The notes under the pieces are model-generated. The model worked only from the letters and a program-made list of their open reading frames with translations. It was not told the DNA's origin and did no database searches. A stretch of DNA of 64,000 nt from Polyangiales bacterium (GTDB lineage Bacteria; Myxococcota_A; Polyangia; Polyangiales; JADJQN01), in the NCBI GenBank assembly GCA_964202905.1, contig CAXNJO010000015.1, positions 20,434 to 84,433 of the forward strand. Direction: 5' to 3'. The position numbers and the translations under genes are program-made. Position 1 is the stretch's first letter, and each line of letters starts with the position of its first letter. Shown one piece after another: positions 27,815 to 37,938 of this stretch.

Positions 27815-30800
27815 ATGACCCTCCACGTCCACCGCAGCCAGCGCGTCGAGTCGCTGGTCGACGCTCTCCACGCGCGGCTTGCAGGCGCATGGCCCGGCGA
27901 TCCGTTCGCCGGCGTGCCGCTCGTCGTCGGCAGCCGCGGCATGGAGCGCTGGCTCCGCCACGAGCTCGCGACGCGCGCCGGGAGCGCCGTCCGCCTCGAG
28001 TTCCTCTTCCCGCGCGGCGCCTTCGAGAGCGCGGCCCATGCGCTGCTCGCGGGCGACGCCGCCCAGGGCACCACGGGCGCGACGGCCCTCTTCCAGGCGA
28101 CGCGCCGCGAAGGAGATGCGTGGTCCGGCACGTGGCTCGTCCACCGCGTGCTCACCGCGCTGCGCGCGCACCTCGCCGATGCCTCCTTCGAGGCGGTGCG
28201 GTCCTATCTGCGCATCGGGGAGGGGCACGTCGACGCCCGATGCGCCGCCCCCGTCGACGCGCGCGAGGCCCGCTTCGCGGCCGAAGTCGCGTCCGTGATC
28301 GAGCGCCTGCACTACGACCGGCCCGACGACGCGCTCGCATGGGCGAAGGAGCCCGCGCGCGCCCCCGAGGCGCACCGCTGGCTCGCGACCCTGCTCGCGA
28401 CGCTCGAATCCGAGACCATCTCGACTGATTCCAACGCGGCCACCACCGAGGCGACCGCGCCGAGGGCACGCCTCGTCGGCCCCTCCCCCGCGGCGCTGCT
28501 CGCGGCCCTGCACGCGGCGCGGGCGACGCGGCGCGCGCAGACCCGCACCGAGACACTGCACGTCTTCGGCCTCTCGACGCTGCGTCCCGGCGATCAGCGG
28601 CGGCTCCGTGCGCTCTCCGAGCACGTCGACGTCCACCTCTATCTGCTCGCGCCCTCCGCCGAGTGGTGGGTCGATCTGCCCACGCACCGCGAGCAGCTCC
28701 GCGCCCTGCGAGAGCGCGTCGTCCAGGAGGGTTCGGGCAAACTCGACGCGGCCGCGCAGCACGCGCTCTTCGGCACGAACGCGCTCCTCGCGGCGAACGG
28801 CCTGCCGAGCCGCGACGTGCAGCTCTGGCTCGAGCAAGGTGAGTACCAGGAGGCGCTGCGCGACGACGTCGCGTCCTCGGGTTCGCTCCTCGCCGACGTG
28901 CAAGCGTGGGTGAACGCCGCGCAGGACACGCCCGCGCGCGCCGAATCGCCGTGGAACGGTCACGCCGACTGCGAGTCCATCGAGGTGCACGCCTGTCACG
29001 GCGCGCTGCGGCAGTGCGAGGCCCTGCGCGACGAGCTGCTGCGCCGCTTCGCCGCGGACCGCACGCTCGAGCCGCGTCACGTCCTCGTGATGACGCCCGA
29101 TCTCGCGACCTACGCGCCGCTCCTCGCGGCCGTCTTCGCGCGGATGGGGACGGCCCCGCAGCAGGGCGCGACGAGCGCGCGCGCGAAGGACACGACGATC
29201 CCGGAGATCCCCGTGCACATCGCGGATCTCGGCCTCCGCGCGACCAACACCGTGGCCGACGTGCTGCTCGTCGCCCTCTCCCTCACCGAGGAGCGCGTGA
29301 CGGCGACGGCGCTGCTCGGTCTGCTCGAGCTCTGGCCGGTGCGCGCGCGCTTCGGGCTCGAGGAGGCCGACCTCCCCGAGTTGCGCGAGCTGGTCCGGGA
29401 GTCCGGCATTCGCTGGGCCTGGGACGCGGACGACCGCAGGCACCACACGCAGCCCCACCGCGACCAGAACACCGTGCGTTTCGGCCTCGAGCGGCTCGCG
29501 CTGGGCACGCTGATGCCCGACGACGACGAGGATGGTCTCGGCGTGATCACCGTGGGCGCCACCGAGAATGCGCGCGGCGCCGTCCAGAATACCGTCTCGG
29601 AGAATACGACTCTGAATGGCACTCTGAATGGCATGCTGAATGGCGCGCTGAATGGCACGCTGAATGGCACGGGGCCGGCCTCGAGCGACCCTGCACGGCT
29701 CGGCCCCGCGGCGCCGCTCGTGCTCGCCACGCGCGAACGCATCGCCCAGTTCGGCGGATTGGCCGCGCTCTGCGCGACCCTCGAGGCGCAGCGCGCCTCC
29801 CTCGCGACGCCGGCGTCGGGCCCCGAGTGGGCCGAGCGGCTCATCCGCTGCATGGACGCGCTCACCAAGGTCGAGGACGCGTCCGCCTTCCTGCGGGCGC
29901 AGGTGATCGACGTCCTCGCCGAGCGGCTCCCACCGGCGACACCCGACACCGACGCGGACCACGCACTGCGGCTGGATCGCGGCGCCGTCGAGGCGCTGAT
30001 CGGGGATGCCTTCGAGATGCCCGCGAAGGGCGACCGCCCGGTGACGGGCGCGGTGACGGTGTGCGCGATGGAGCCGATGCGCTCGGTGCCCTTCCGCATC
30101 ATCGCGATGATCGGGCTCGATGGCGGCGAGTTCCCGAGGCGTTCGCAGCCCGCCGCCTGGGATCCCTTCGCCGCGCCGCGCGTCGGCGAGCACGACCGCG
30201 GCGCGCTCGACCGGCACCTCTTCCTCGAGTCGCTGCTCTGCGCGCGAGAGGCGTTCCTGCTCTTCGGCACGGGCTTCGAGCCGAAGCGCGGCGCCGAGGA
30301 GCCGCTCTCGGTCGTCACCGCCGAGCTCGAGGAGCTGTTGTTGCGCGGCGTCGGGCGGACGGTCGAGTCCGCGGCGCACACCTCCTGGCCGCGCCGCCGC
30401 CACCCGCTCCAGCCGTGGAGCGAGAAGGCCTTCCGCACCGAGGGCCCGGGCGCCGCGCCCCCGCGACTCCCCTTCGATCCCGTGTGGTTCGAGGCGCGGA
30501 GGGCACTCGCCGGAGGCGCGGCGACCCGCGACCCTGCGGCGCACGTCGGGGCCCGCTGGCCCGCGGAGTCGGACCCGCCGACGCAGCTCAGCGCAGACGA
30601 CCTCGCGCGCGCCCTCGTGAACGCGCCGCAATCGCTGCTCAAGGGCCGGCTCGGGCTCGCCGCGACCTACACGGAGGAGGCGCCCTCGGACCGCGAACCG
30701 CTCGACGTGGCGTGGCTCGACGCCTGGGCCCTGCGCGACCAATTGCTCGACGCGCTGCTCGCCGCGGGTGCGTCGGGCGAGGCAGGCGACGACGCCGTCA

Positions 30801-31537
30801 TCGAGCGGGTCACCGCCCGGCTCCGGGCGGAGGGCACGCTGCCGCTCGACGCGGGCGGGCAGGCCGTCGTCGACGAGACCCGCGAGCAGGTCCGCGCCGT
30901 CCGTGCGAAGGCCGAAGGCACGCTGGGCGGGCCCCTGACGGCGCACGTCGAGGTCGACGGGCTGACCCTGACGGCCACCGCCCCCCACACGCTCGGCACG
31001 GCCCCCCACGCCGCGCTCGTGTGGTTCTGCGCGAGCGACGACCCCGGCGACGTCCGTGACCTCAGGGCCTGGATATCGCTGCTCGTCATGCGCGCCAAGG
31101 AGCAAGGCATCGACACCGCAGCCATCCACGCGAGGAAGAAATCGACGAGCCTCGGCGACGCCGGCGACGCGGCGCACGCGCGCGAGCGATTGGGCGAACT
31201 CCTCGCGATCTGGCGCGAGACGCGGACGAGCGAGGTGCCGCTCTTCCCGAACGTCTCCCGGAAGCTGGCCGAGGAGGACGACGGCCAGACCGCACTCGCA
31301 GACCTCCTGAACGAGTGCCGCAGCGAATGGGACGGCGCACCGAAGCAGCGCGGCGCGCGCGACGACGCGTGGGTGTCGACGCTCTACGGGGACTGCGACG
31401 TCGAGGAGCTGGAGTCCTTCGGCGCTGGGCTTCTCGCGAAGGCCCATGCGGTGTGGGACGGCGTGCGCGCGGGCGCGGCGGTTCATCAGGCCAGGTCACC
31501 CGGCAAGCCGAAGAAGGCCCGCGGAGAAGACGCGTGA
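27815..31537 (+). CDS. recC: Exodeoxyribonuclease V gamma subunit
   Basis: HRSQRVESL, MERWL, HACHGALRQCEALRD, VMTPD, PMRSVPFR, HPLQP. Confidence 0.9.
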   Translation: MTLHVHRSQRVESLVDALHARLAGAWPGDPFAGVPLVVGSRGMERWLRHELATRAGSAVRLEFLFPRGAFESAAHALLAGDAAQGTTGATALFQATRREGDAWSGTWLVHRVLTALRAHLADASFEAVRSYLRIGEGHVDARCAAPVDAREARFAAEVASVIERLHYDRPDDALAWAKEPARAPEAHRWLATLLATLESETISTDSNAATTEATAPRARLVGPSPAALLAALHAARATRRAQTRTETLHVFGLSTLRPGDQRRLRALSEHVDVHLYLLAPSAEWWVDLPTHREQLRALRERVVQEGSGKLDAAAQHALFGTNALLAANGLPSRDVQLWLEQGEYQEALRDDVASSGSLLADVQAWVNAAQDTPARAESPWNGHADCESIEVHACHGALRQCEALRDELLRRFAADRTLEPRHVLVMTPDLATYAPLLAAVFARMGTAPQQGATSARAKDTTIPEIPVHIADLGLRATNTVADVLLVALSLTEERVTATALLGLLELWPVRARFGLEEADLPELRELVRESGIRWAWDADDRRHHTQPHRDQNTVRFGLERLALGTLMPDDDEDGLGVITVGATENARGAVQNTVSENTTLNGTLNGMLNGALNGTLNGTGPASSDPARLGPAAPLVLATRERIAQFGGLAALCATLEAQRASLATPASGPEWAERLIRCMDALTKVEDASAFLRAQVIDVLAERLPPATPDTDADHALRLDRGAVEALIGDAFEMPAKGDRPVTGAVTVCAMEPMRSVPFRIIAMIGLDGGEFPRRSQPAAWDPFAAPRVGEHDRGALDRHLFLESLLCAREAFLLFGTGFEPKRGAEEPLSVVTAELEELLLRGVGRTVESAAHTSWPRRRHPLQPWSEKAFRTEGPGAAPPRLPFDPVWFEARRALAGGAATRDPAAHVGARWPAESDPPTQLSADDLARALVNAPQSLLKGRLGLAATYTEEAPSDREPLDVAWLDAWALRDQLLDALLAAGASGEAGDDAVIERVTARLRAEGTLPLDAGGQAVVDETREQVRAVRAKAEGTLGGPLTAHVEVDGLTLTATAPHTLGTAPHAALVWFCASDDPGDVRDLRAWISLLVMRAKEQGIDTAAIHARKKSTSLGDAGDAAHARERLGELLAIWRETRTSEVPLFPNVSRKLAEEDDGQTALADLLNECRSEWDGAPKQRGARDDAWVSTLYGDCDVEELESFGAGLLAKAHAVWDGVRAGAAVHQARSPGKPKKARGEDA
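29609..29668 (+). repeat. In-frame 12-bp tandem repeat (xLNG) x5 inside recC
   Basis: actctgaatggc x2, atgctgaatggc, gcgctgaatggc, acgctgaatggc. Confidence 0.95.
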
Positions 31538-31563
31538 GCGATCACGAGACGGGGGAGACATCG

Positions 31564-34500
31564 ATGAACGGAAGCCCGAAATCCGTGAGTGCCTGGGACC
31601 CGACGACCCCGCTCGACCCCGCGCGGGCCTGGCTGCTCGAGGCGAGCGCGGGCACGGGCAAGACGTACCAGCTCGGCACGCTCTACGTGCGGCTCGTCGT
31701 CGAGCGCGGGCTCGACGTCCGGCGCATCCTCGCCATCACCTTCACGCAGGCCGCGACGGCCGAGCTGCGCGACCGCGTGCGCGCACGGCTCCGTGCGACG
31801 CTCGACGCCCTCGACGCGGGCAGCGGCGACGCGGGCAGCGGCGACGCGTACGCGGCCTCGATCCCCGCCGCGCAGGTCGACACCGCTCGGCTGCGTCTCG
31901 AGCTCGCGCTCCGCGACTTCGATCAGGCGGCGATCTCGACGATTCACGGGTTCTCGCAGCGCACGCTCCAGGAGCTCGCCTTCGAGTCGGGGCAGGACCT
32001 CGACCTCGAGCTGCTCGCCGACGGCGGCGCGATCCTCGAGCAGCTCGTCGATGACGCGCTCGCGGAGGTCTATGCAGCGACCGACGCCGAGGAGATCCAC
32101 GCATTCAAGCGCGCTGGCTGGACGCGCGAGACGCTGCTCGCGACGGCGAAGGCGATTTGCGGTCCCACGTCGCCGGCCATCCATCCGGCCGGGGTCGGGC
32201 TCGCCCGTCAACATGAACTCCTTCGCGCGTGGCTGTCGACGCTGGACGCCACCCACGAGCTCTGGACGAACGAGGCGGGGCGGGCGGCGCGCGAACAGTT
32301 GGCCAACGACGCGCCGCATCTATTCTCGCCGACCGAACACTTCCCCAAGTGGCATCACCACATCGAAACGTGGTTGGCGAGTGGTGCTCCGTACGAGGAA
32401 ATCGCCAAGGGCAAGAATACTGCGCTCAAGAACATCCGCAGAACGTGGTTGGAGGGCAAGTGGGGAATTGCGAACGCGAGGGGTGATCGAAAACCGCAGA
32501 CGCCACCGCTCGAATCGAGGCCATGGTGGCCGCTCATCGAAGGACTCGAGCGCTTCATCACCTCATGCGAGGACTTCGTCGCCCATTTCACCCCCGTGGC
32601 CGCGTTCGCCGCGACGGTGCGCGCGAACTACGAGGCGGAGCTGACGCGGCGCGGCCAACTCACCTTCGACGCCATGTTGACGCGGCTCGCGGAGGCCATC
32701 GATCCGAGACGTGGCGACGCCGCCCGGCGCGTCCGCGACAAGCTGCGCGAGCGCTACGACGCGGCCTTCGTCGACGAGTTCCAGGACACCGACGATGCGC
32801 AGTGGACGGTGTTGCGCGAGGCCTTCCTCACCGAGGGGAAACACTTCTTCCTCATCGGCGATCCCAAACAGGCCATCTACGGATTCCGCGGCGCCGACGT
32901 GAACGTGTATCTGCGCGCGGTCGGCGAGCTCGCCGGCGACGCGCGGAAGACGATGACCGAAAACCATCGCTCCGATCCGGCCGCGGTGGAGGCGATGAAC
33001 GCGCTCTGGCGCGCGGGCTCGGGCGCCTTCGAGGTGCCGGACATCGACTACATCGAGGTCGCGCCGAAGAAGCCGGAGCGGCTGACCGTGACGCTGCCCG
33101 GGCTGCGCGTGCGCTGGCTCGACGGCCGGATCCGACACCAGCCGGAGGGGACGCACCTCGGCGCGAGCGAGCAGCGTCGCTGCGCGGTGCTCGCGGCGGA
33201 CGAGGCCCATGCGTGGCTCACGGGCGGCCGCGCGCTGCTCCGCGCGGAGACGGGGGATGCCCCGCCGCGCGAGGCTCTCCCGGGCGACCTCGCGGTGCTC
33301 GTGAACGACCGGCACGAAGCGGCGAGCGTGCGGCTCGCGCTGGGGCGACGCGGCATCCCCTCGGTCGCCGCGTCGAAGGACACCGTCTTCGAGACGACGG
33401 CGGCCGCGTGGATCGCGACGTGGCTCCGCGCGGTCGCGAGCGGCGGGCGGGATCGCGAGGCGCGATCGGCCGCCATCACGCCGATCGCGGGGTGGACGCC
33501 GCACGAGCTGGCGTGGTCCCTCGCGGTCGCGGAGCGCGGCGCCGAGGCGCTGGCGGAGGCCGCACGCGCGGGCGTCTCCCTCGGGCCGGACCGCCGGTGG
33601 GACGCGTGGACACAGCGCATCGCCGCCGCCGCCGAGCGCTGGAAGCGTCGCGGTTTCGTGCACACCTTCGACCTCGAGCTCTCGGCGCTCGGCGCGTGGC
33701 CACGCATCCTGAGGCTCCCGAACGGGGAGCGACACGCCACGGACCTGCGTCACCTCATCGAGCTGCTGCACGCCGAGGAGCGCGCGCGGCACCTCGGCCC
33801 AGCGAGCCTCGCGGAGTGGCTCGTGGCCCACGACGGCGCCGACCCAAACGCCCTCGCACAGCGGCTCGAGAGCGACGCCAACGCGGTGCGTGTCGAGACC
33901 GTCCACGTGAGCAAGGGACTCGAATATCCCATCGTTCTCCTCCCCTTCACGTGGCGAGCGAAGAAGGACGATGCCCGGGTGTACGAGCCCTTGACGTTGC
34001 GCTGCACGGTGACGCGCGACGCCGCCGTCGACGACGCGGAACACGCCGCTGCCGAGGACCTCGCGGCCGGTGCCCGCGTCGATCTGCGTTCTCCCTTCGA
34101 CCCCGCACGGCAAGTCGCACTCGCGACGCTGCGAACCGAGGAGCGCCAGGAGGGTCTCCGCAAGCTCTACGTCGCGCTGACGCGCGCGCGGCATCACACC
34201 GTCGCGTGGTGGGGGCCCGTCGGGAAATTCGGGGCGAACACGGGCGCGACGGCGCTCGGCCGGTTGCTGATGCGCGCCCCCGACCGCGACGGCTTCGCCG
34301 ATTGCGAGATCGTCTTCACGAAGACCGTCGCGCAAAGCCCGACCCCCTTCGACCGCGTGCGGACGAAGCTCGACGCCTTGCAGGCCACTTCGCAGGGGCG
34401 CATCGCGTGGGAGCCGGCGACGATGCCGACGTCCTCGGGCCGATGGCAGCCGCACGACGCGCAACCCATCGAGACGGAGTGGCCCTCTGCTCGCGTGATC

Positions 34501-35634
34501 CCCGATTTTTCAGGGCGATACGGGGTGTCGAGCTTCTCCTCGCTCGCGCGCGGGGCGGCCGCTTCGGACACCGACGAGAAGAAGCGCGCCCCGGCGCCCG
34601 AGACGGAGATCGAGACCCCGGAGGCACCGACGGGCGATGGAGACGGCGCGGCCGTCGGCGTCACGGCGCCCGCAGTGGTGCCGACACACGCGGTGTCGCT
34701 GCTGCTCACGGCGGGGAGCGGGACGCGCTTCGGCACCTTCGTGCACGAGGTCTTCGAGCGACTCGACTTCCCGTCCGCGCAGCCGCACGCCGACGACGCC
34801 TGCGCGTCCCTCGACGCGCTCCTCGCGGCGCTCGGCACGCGGAACGGCTACGCGACCACGTCGCGCGAGCAGGCCCATGTGCGGGCGGCGCTTCCGCACA
34901 TCCTGCACACGCCGCTCGGGTCGTCGACGAAGCATGAATACGGACTCCACGAACTCCCGACGGACTTCACCCTCGCGCAGCTCTCTCGCGCCGATCGCCT
35001 CGACGAGCTCGGCTTCGATCTCTCGCTCGGCGCGGGCACGCGCTACGAGCGCCCCGCGGCGCGCCTCGCCGACACGGGCGCGCTCGCTGCGCGACCGGGC
35101 TGCGTCGATCCGCAAGCCGTCTACGCCGCCCTCGAGGCCGCGAACGGCGACCCGCGCCTGAAGCCTTGGCTCGATTTCCAGAGACAGCGCAGCGACGAGG
35201 GGAAAGCCCTCATCGGCAGTCTCGCGGGCATCCTCACGGGCTCGATCGACCTCGCCTTCCGCGTCGGCGAAACGACCGAATCTGCGCGTTATTTCGTCGC
35301 CGACTACAAGACCAACCGCATCGAGGGCTGCGAACCCGGACACTTCACCGGCCCATGGCTCGACTGGAAGATGCAAACCTCGGGCTATCTGCTGCAGTCG
35401 CTCCTCTACTCGCTCGCGCTGCACCGTCACCTGCGGACTCGGCTCCGCGGCTACGCGTACGAGACGCACTTCGGCGGCGCGCTTTATCTCTTCGTGCGCG
35501 GGATGGTCGGGACGGAGACGCCACGCTGCGCGGAGACGGGTCACTGCCTCGGCGTGCACGCGCAGCGCTGGCCCGAAGCCGTCATCAAGACGCTCGACGC
35601 CGCACTCACGCCCGCAGCGAAGGAGACACCATGA
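31564..35634 (+). CDS. recB: Exodeoxyribonuclease V beta subunit
   Basis: EASAGTGKT, TIHGF, DEFQDT, GDPKQAIYGFRGAD, SKGLEYP, LYVALTRA; nuclease GSIDL...DYKTN; alternative GTG start 31534. Confidence 0.93.
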   Translation: MNGSPKSVSAWDPTTPLDPARAWLLEASAGTGKTYQLGTLYVRLVVERGLDVRRILAITFTQAATAELRDRVRARLRATLDALDAGSGDAGSGDAYAASIPAAQVDTARLRLELALRDFDQAAISTIHGFSQRTLQELAFESGQDLDLELLADGGAILEQLVDDALAEVYAATDAEEIHAFKRAGWTRETLLATAKAICGPTSPAIHPAGVGLARQHELLRAWLSTLDATHELWTNEAGRAAREQLANDAPHLFSPTEHFPKWHHHIETWLASGAPYEEIAKGKNTALKNIRRTWLEGKWGIANARGDRKPQTPPLESRPWWPLIEGLERFITSCEDFVAHFTPVAAFAATVRANYEAELTRRGQLTFDAMLTRLAEAIDPRRGDAARRVRDKLRERYDAAFVDEFQDTDDAQWTVLREAFLTEGKHFFLIGDPKQAIYGFRGADVNVYLRAVGELAGDARKTMTENHRSDPAAVEAMNALWRAGSGAFEVPDIDYIEVAPKKPERLTVTLPGLRVRWLDGRIRHQPEGTHLGASEQRRCAVLAADEAHAWLTGGRALLRAETGDAPPREALPGDLAVLVNDRHEAASVRLALGRRGIPSVAASKDTVFETTAAAWIATWLRAVASGGRDREARSAAITPIAGWTPHELAWSLAVAERGAEALAEAARAGVSLGPDRRWDAWTQRIAAAAERWKRRGFVHTFDLELSALGAWPRILRLPNGERHATDLRHLIELLHAEERARHLGPASLAEWLVAHDGADPNALAQRLESDANAVRVETVHVSKGLEYPIVLLPFTWRAKKDDARVYEPLTLRCTVTRDAAVDDAEHAAAEDLAAGARVDLRSPFDPARQVALATLRTEERQEGLRKLYVALTRARHHTVAWWGPVGKFGANTGATALGRLLMRAPDRDGFADCEIVFTKTVAQSPTPFDRVRTKLDALQATSQGRIAWEPATMPTSSGRWQPHDAQPIETEWPSARVIPDFSGRYGVSSFSSLARGAAASDTDEKKRAPAPETEIETPEAPTGDGDGAAVGVTAPAVVPTHAVSLLLTAGSGTRFGTFVHEVFERLDFPSAQPHADDACASLDALLAALGTRNGYATTSREQAHVRAALPHILHTPLGSSTKHEYGLHELPTDFTLAQLSRADRLDELGFDLSLGAGTRYERPAARLADTGALAARPGCVDPQAVYAALEAANGDPRLKPWLDFQRQRSDEGKALIGSLAGILTGSIDLAFRVGETTESARYFVADYKTNRIEGCEPGHFTGPWLDWKMQTSGYLLQSLLYSLALHRHLRTRLRGYAYETHFGGALYLFVRGMVGTETPRCAETGHCLGVHAQRWPEAVIKTLDAALTPAAKETP

Positions 35635-37808
35635 ACGACGCGCAGAGCCTCCTCGAACGCGCGAAGCCCTTCCTCGAGGCGGGGCTCCTCGATCACGCCG
35701 ACGTGTACGCCGTGGCGCTCGTCGCACCGCGCTACGGCGAGCACGACGCCGAGCGCCTCCTCGGGCTCGCCTTCGCCGCGCGCGCGCCGCGCGTCGGTCA
35801 CGCGGGCGTCGATCTCACGAAGGTCGCCGGGCAGGTCGATGCCGAGCGCGCGGAGCGTCACGCCGCGCGGAGCGACGCGCGACACGATGCGCGCGACGCG
35901 TCGCAGGGCCCCAACGACGACAAGCCTCCGGCGCGCGAACCCAGCAAGGATGTTGCGGTATCCGGCGAAGGGCTCGACGACGCGGACGACTCGTCCCTGC
36001 CGCCGCTCCCCTGGCCCGCGGACGCGGCGGCGTGGGCCGAACACACCCTGCACTCCACGCTCGTCGGGACGCCCGAGCAGCGACACACGCCCTTCGTGCG
36101 ACAAGCGCTCACGGTCGGTGGCGCAGCGCGCACGCTGCTGCTCTCACGCCGCATGTACCGAGAGCAGGAGCGGCTCGCGCACGCGATTCACGCACGGCTC
36201 GCCCAAACGCCGCCGCACGTCGCCGAGCTCCACCCGACGCTCGAGCGGCTCTTTCCGAAGGCCGACGACGCGGAGGCGCGGGAGGCCGTGCGGATCGCCG
36301 CCGAGCGCACGCTCGCGCTCATCGTGGGCGGGCCCGGCACGGGCAAGACGTATTCGGTGAGCCGCCTGCTCGCGGCGCTCGTCACGCAACCCGGCTTGGA
36401 CGGCGAGCGGTTGCACGTCGCGCTCGCCGCGCCCACTGGAAAGGCCGCGGCGCGCATGCGCGAGGCGCTGCGCGAGGCGCTCGACGCGGACGCGAAACCG
36501 GCGCTCGCCCTCGCGCCCGCGGCGCGCGATCACCTGCGCGGCCTGCCCGCCCAGACGCTGCATCGCTTGCTCGGGATTCGCCCGGACGGGCGCTGCCGAC
36601 ACGACGCCAAGAACCCGCTGCCGGCCGATCTCGTCGTCGTCGACGAGGTGTCGATGGTGGACCTCGCGCTCATGCGGCGGCTCGTGGAGGCCGTGCGCCC
36701 GGACGCGCGGCTCGTGCTGCTCGGCGACCGCGACCAGCTCGCGAGCGTCGAGGCGGGGAGCGTGCTGGCCGACCTCGTCGACGCGGCCGCGCGCCCGCCC
36801 CTCCTCGGGCACAGGCAGCAGTTCACCACCTCGCGCCGCTTCGCGAGCGCGCCCGACATCGGCCTCGTCGCCGCATGCCTGCAGAGCTACGAGACGAAGC
36901 AGCCCGACGTCGTCGCGCATCTCGCCGAGGGCGGCGAGCGACTCGCGCTCGCCATGTCGGTGCTCTGCGGTGAACGCCACGCACAGGCCGAGACGCACCG
37001 CGGGACACACACGGCGGCGAGCGCGGACACGCGCGCACCGCTCCACGCGTCGCTGCGCGTCGCGCACCTCGGCGGACCGAGTCGCCCCGCCCGCGGGGCC
37101 GCACGCCCGACCGACGCGCAGCTCGAGGGGCTCGTCGCGCCTTATCTGGCGGGCTTCTACGAGCTCGGCGGGACGGCTTCGCCGGCTGAGTCCACCACGA
37201 GCGACGTCTTGCGCGAGGGCTACGCGTCGCTCGTCCGGACGCACTGCAAGGGGAACAACGCGATCGCACCCGAGGTGCAGCGGCTGATCCTCGACGCCTT
37301 CGACCGCTACCGCGTGCTCGCCGTGCACCGCGCCGGGCCGCTCGGCGTGACCGGGCTCGAGCGCGCGCTCGCGGCGAAGGTGCGTGAGTTCCTCGGTCAG
37401 AAGGGGAGCGGCCGCTATTGGGTGGGGCGGCCCATCCTCGTCACGCAGAACGCCTACGACGTGGACCTGATGAATGGCGACGTCGGCATCGTGCTGCCGA
37501 CGGAACAGGGCCTCGCGGCGGTCTTCCCCGCGGACGACGCGAAGGGCGTGCGCTCCGTCGCCACCGCGCGCCTGCCCCCGCACGAGGGCGCGCTCGCGAT
37601 GACGGTGCACAAGTCGCAGGGCTCGCAGTTCGAGCGCGTCGCGCTCGTGCTCGCGGGGCGCGTCTCGCCCATCCAGACGCGCGAGCTCGTCTACACCGGC
37701 GTCACGCGCGCGAAGAACCAGCTCGCCTGGCTCGGCGAGCGCGACGAGCTCACGGAGGCCCTCCAGCGCACGGTGACGCGCGAGAGCGGGCTCTCCGCGC
37801 TGCTCTGA
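35631..37808 (+). CDS. recD: Exodeoxyribonuclease V alpha subunit
   Basis: GGPGTGKT, APTGKAA, DEVSMVD, GDRDQL, MTVHKSQGSQF, YTGVTRA; AAGGAG RBS. Confidence 0.93.
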   Translation: MNDAQSLLERAKPFLEAGLLDHADVYAVALVAPRYGEHDAERLLGLAFAARAPRVGHAGVDLTKVAGQVDAERAERHAARSDARHDARDASQGPNDDKPPAREPSKDVAVSGEGLDDADDSSLPPLPWPADAAAWAEHTLHSTLVGTPEQRHTPFVRQALTVGGAARTLLLSRRMYREQERLAHAIHARLAQTPPHVAELHPTLERLFPKADDAEAREAVRIAAERTLALIVGGPGTGKTYSVSRLLAALVTQPGLDGERLHVALAAPTGKAAARMREALREALDADAKPALALAPAARDHLRGLPAQTLHRLLGIRPDGRCRHDAKNPLPADLVVVDEVSMVDLALMRRLVEAVRPDARLVLLGDRDQLASVEAGSVLADLVDAAARPPLLGHRQQFTTSRRFASAPDIGLVAACLQSYETKQPDVVAHLAEGGERLALAMSVLCGERHAQAETHRGTHTAASADTRAPLHASLRVAHLGGPSRPARGAARPTDAQLEGLVAPYLAGFYELGGTASPAESTTSDVLREGYASLVRTHCKGNNAIAPEVQRLILDAFDRYRVLAVHRAGPLGVTGLERALAAKVREFLGQKGSGRYWVGRPILVTQNAYDVDLMNGDVGIVLPTEQGLAAVFPADDAKGVRSVATARLPPHEGALAMTVHKSQGSQFERVALVLAGRVSPIQTRELVYTGVTRAKNQLAWLGERDELTEALQRTVTRESGLSALL

Positions 37809-37938
37809 GAGGCGATGTCGCCAATCCCGCGCTCCAGCCCCGAGCGCCGATGGTTTCCTGCTTTTCGCGCGAACCCGATGTCAGTCCGGCTGCGCGCGCT
37901 CCGTCTCCCTCTGGTCACCGCCCTCCCCGCGAGAACCC

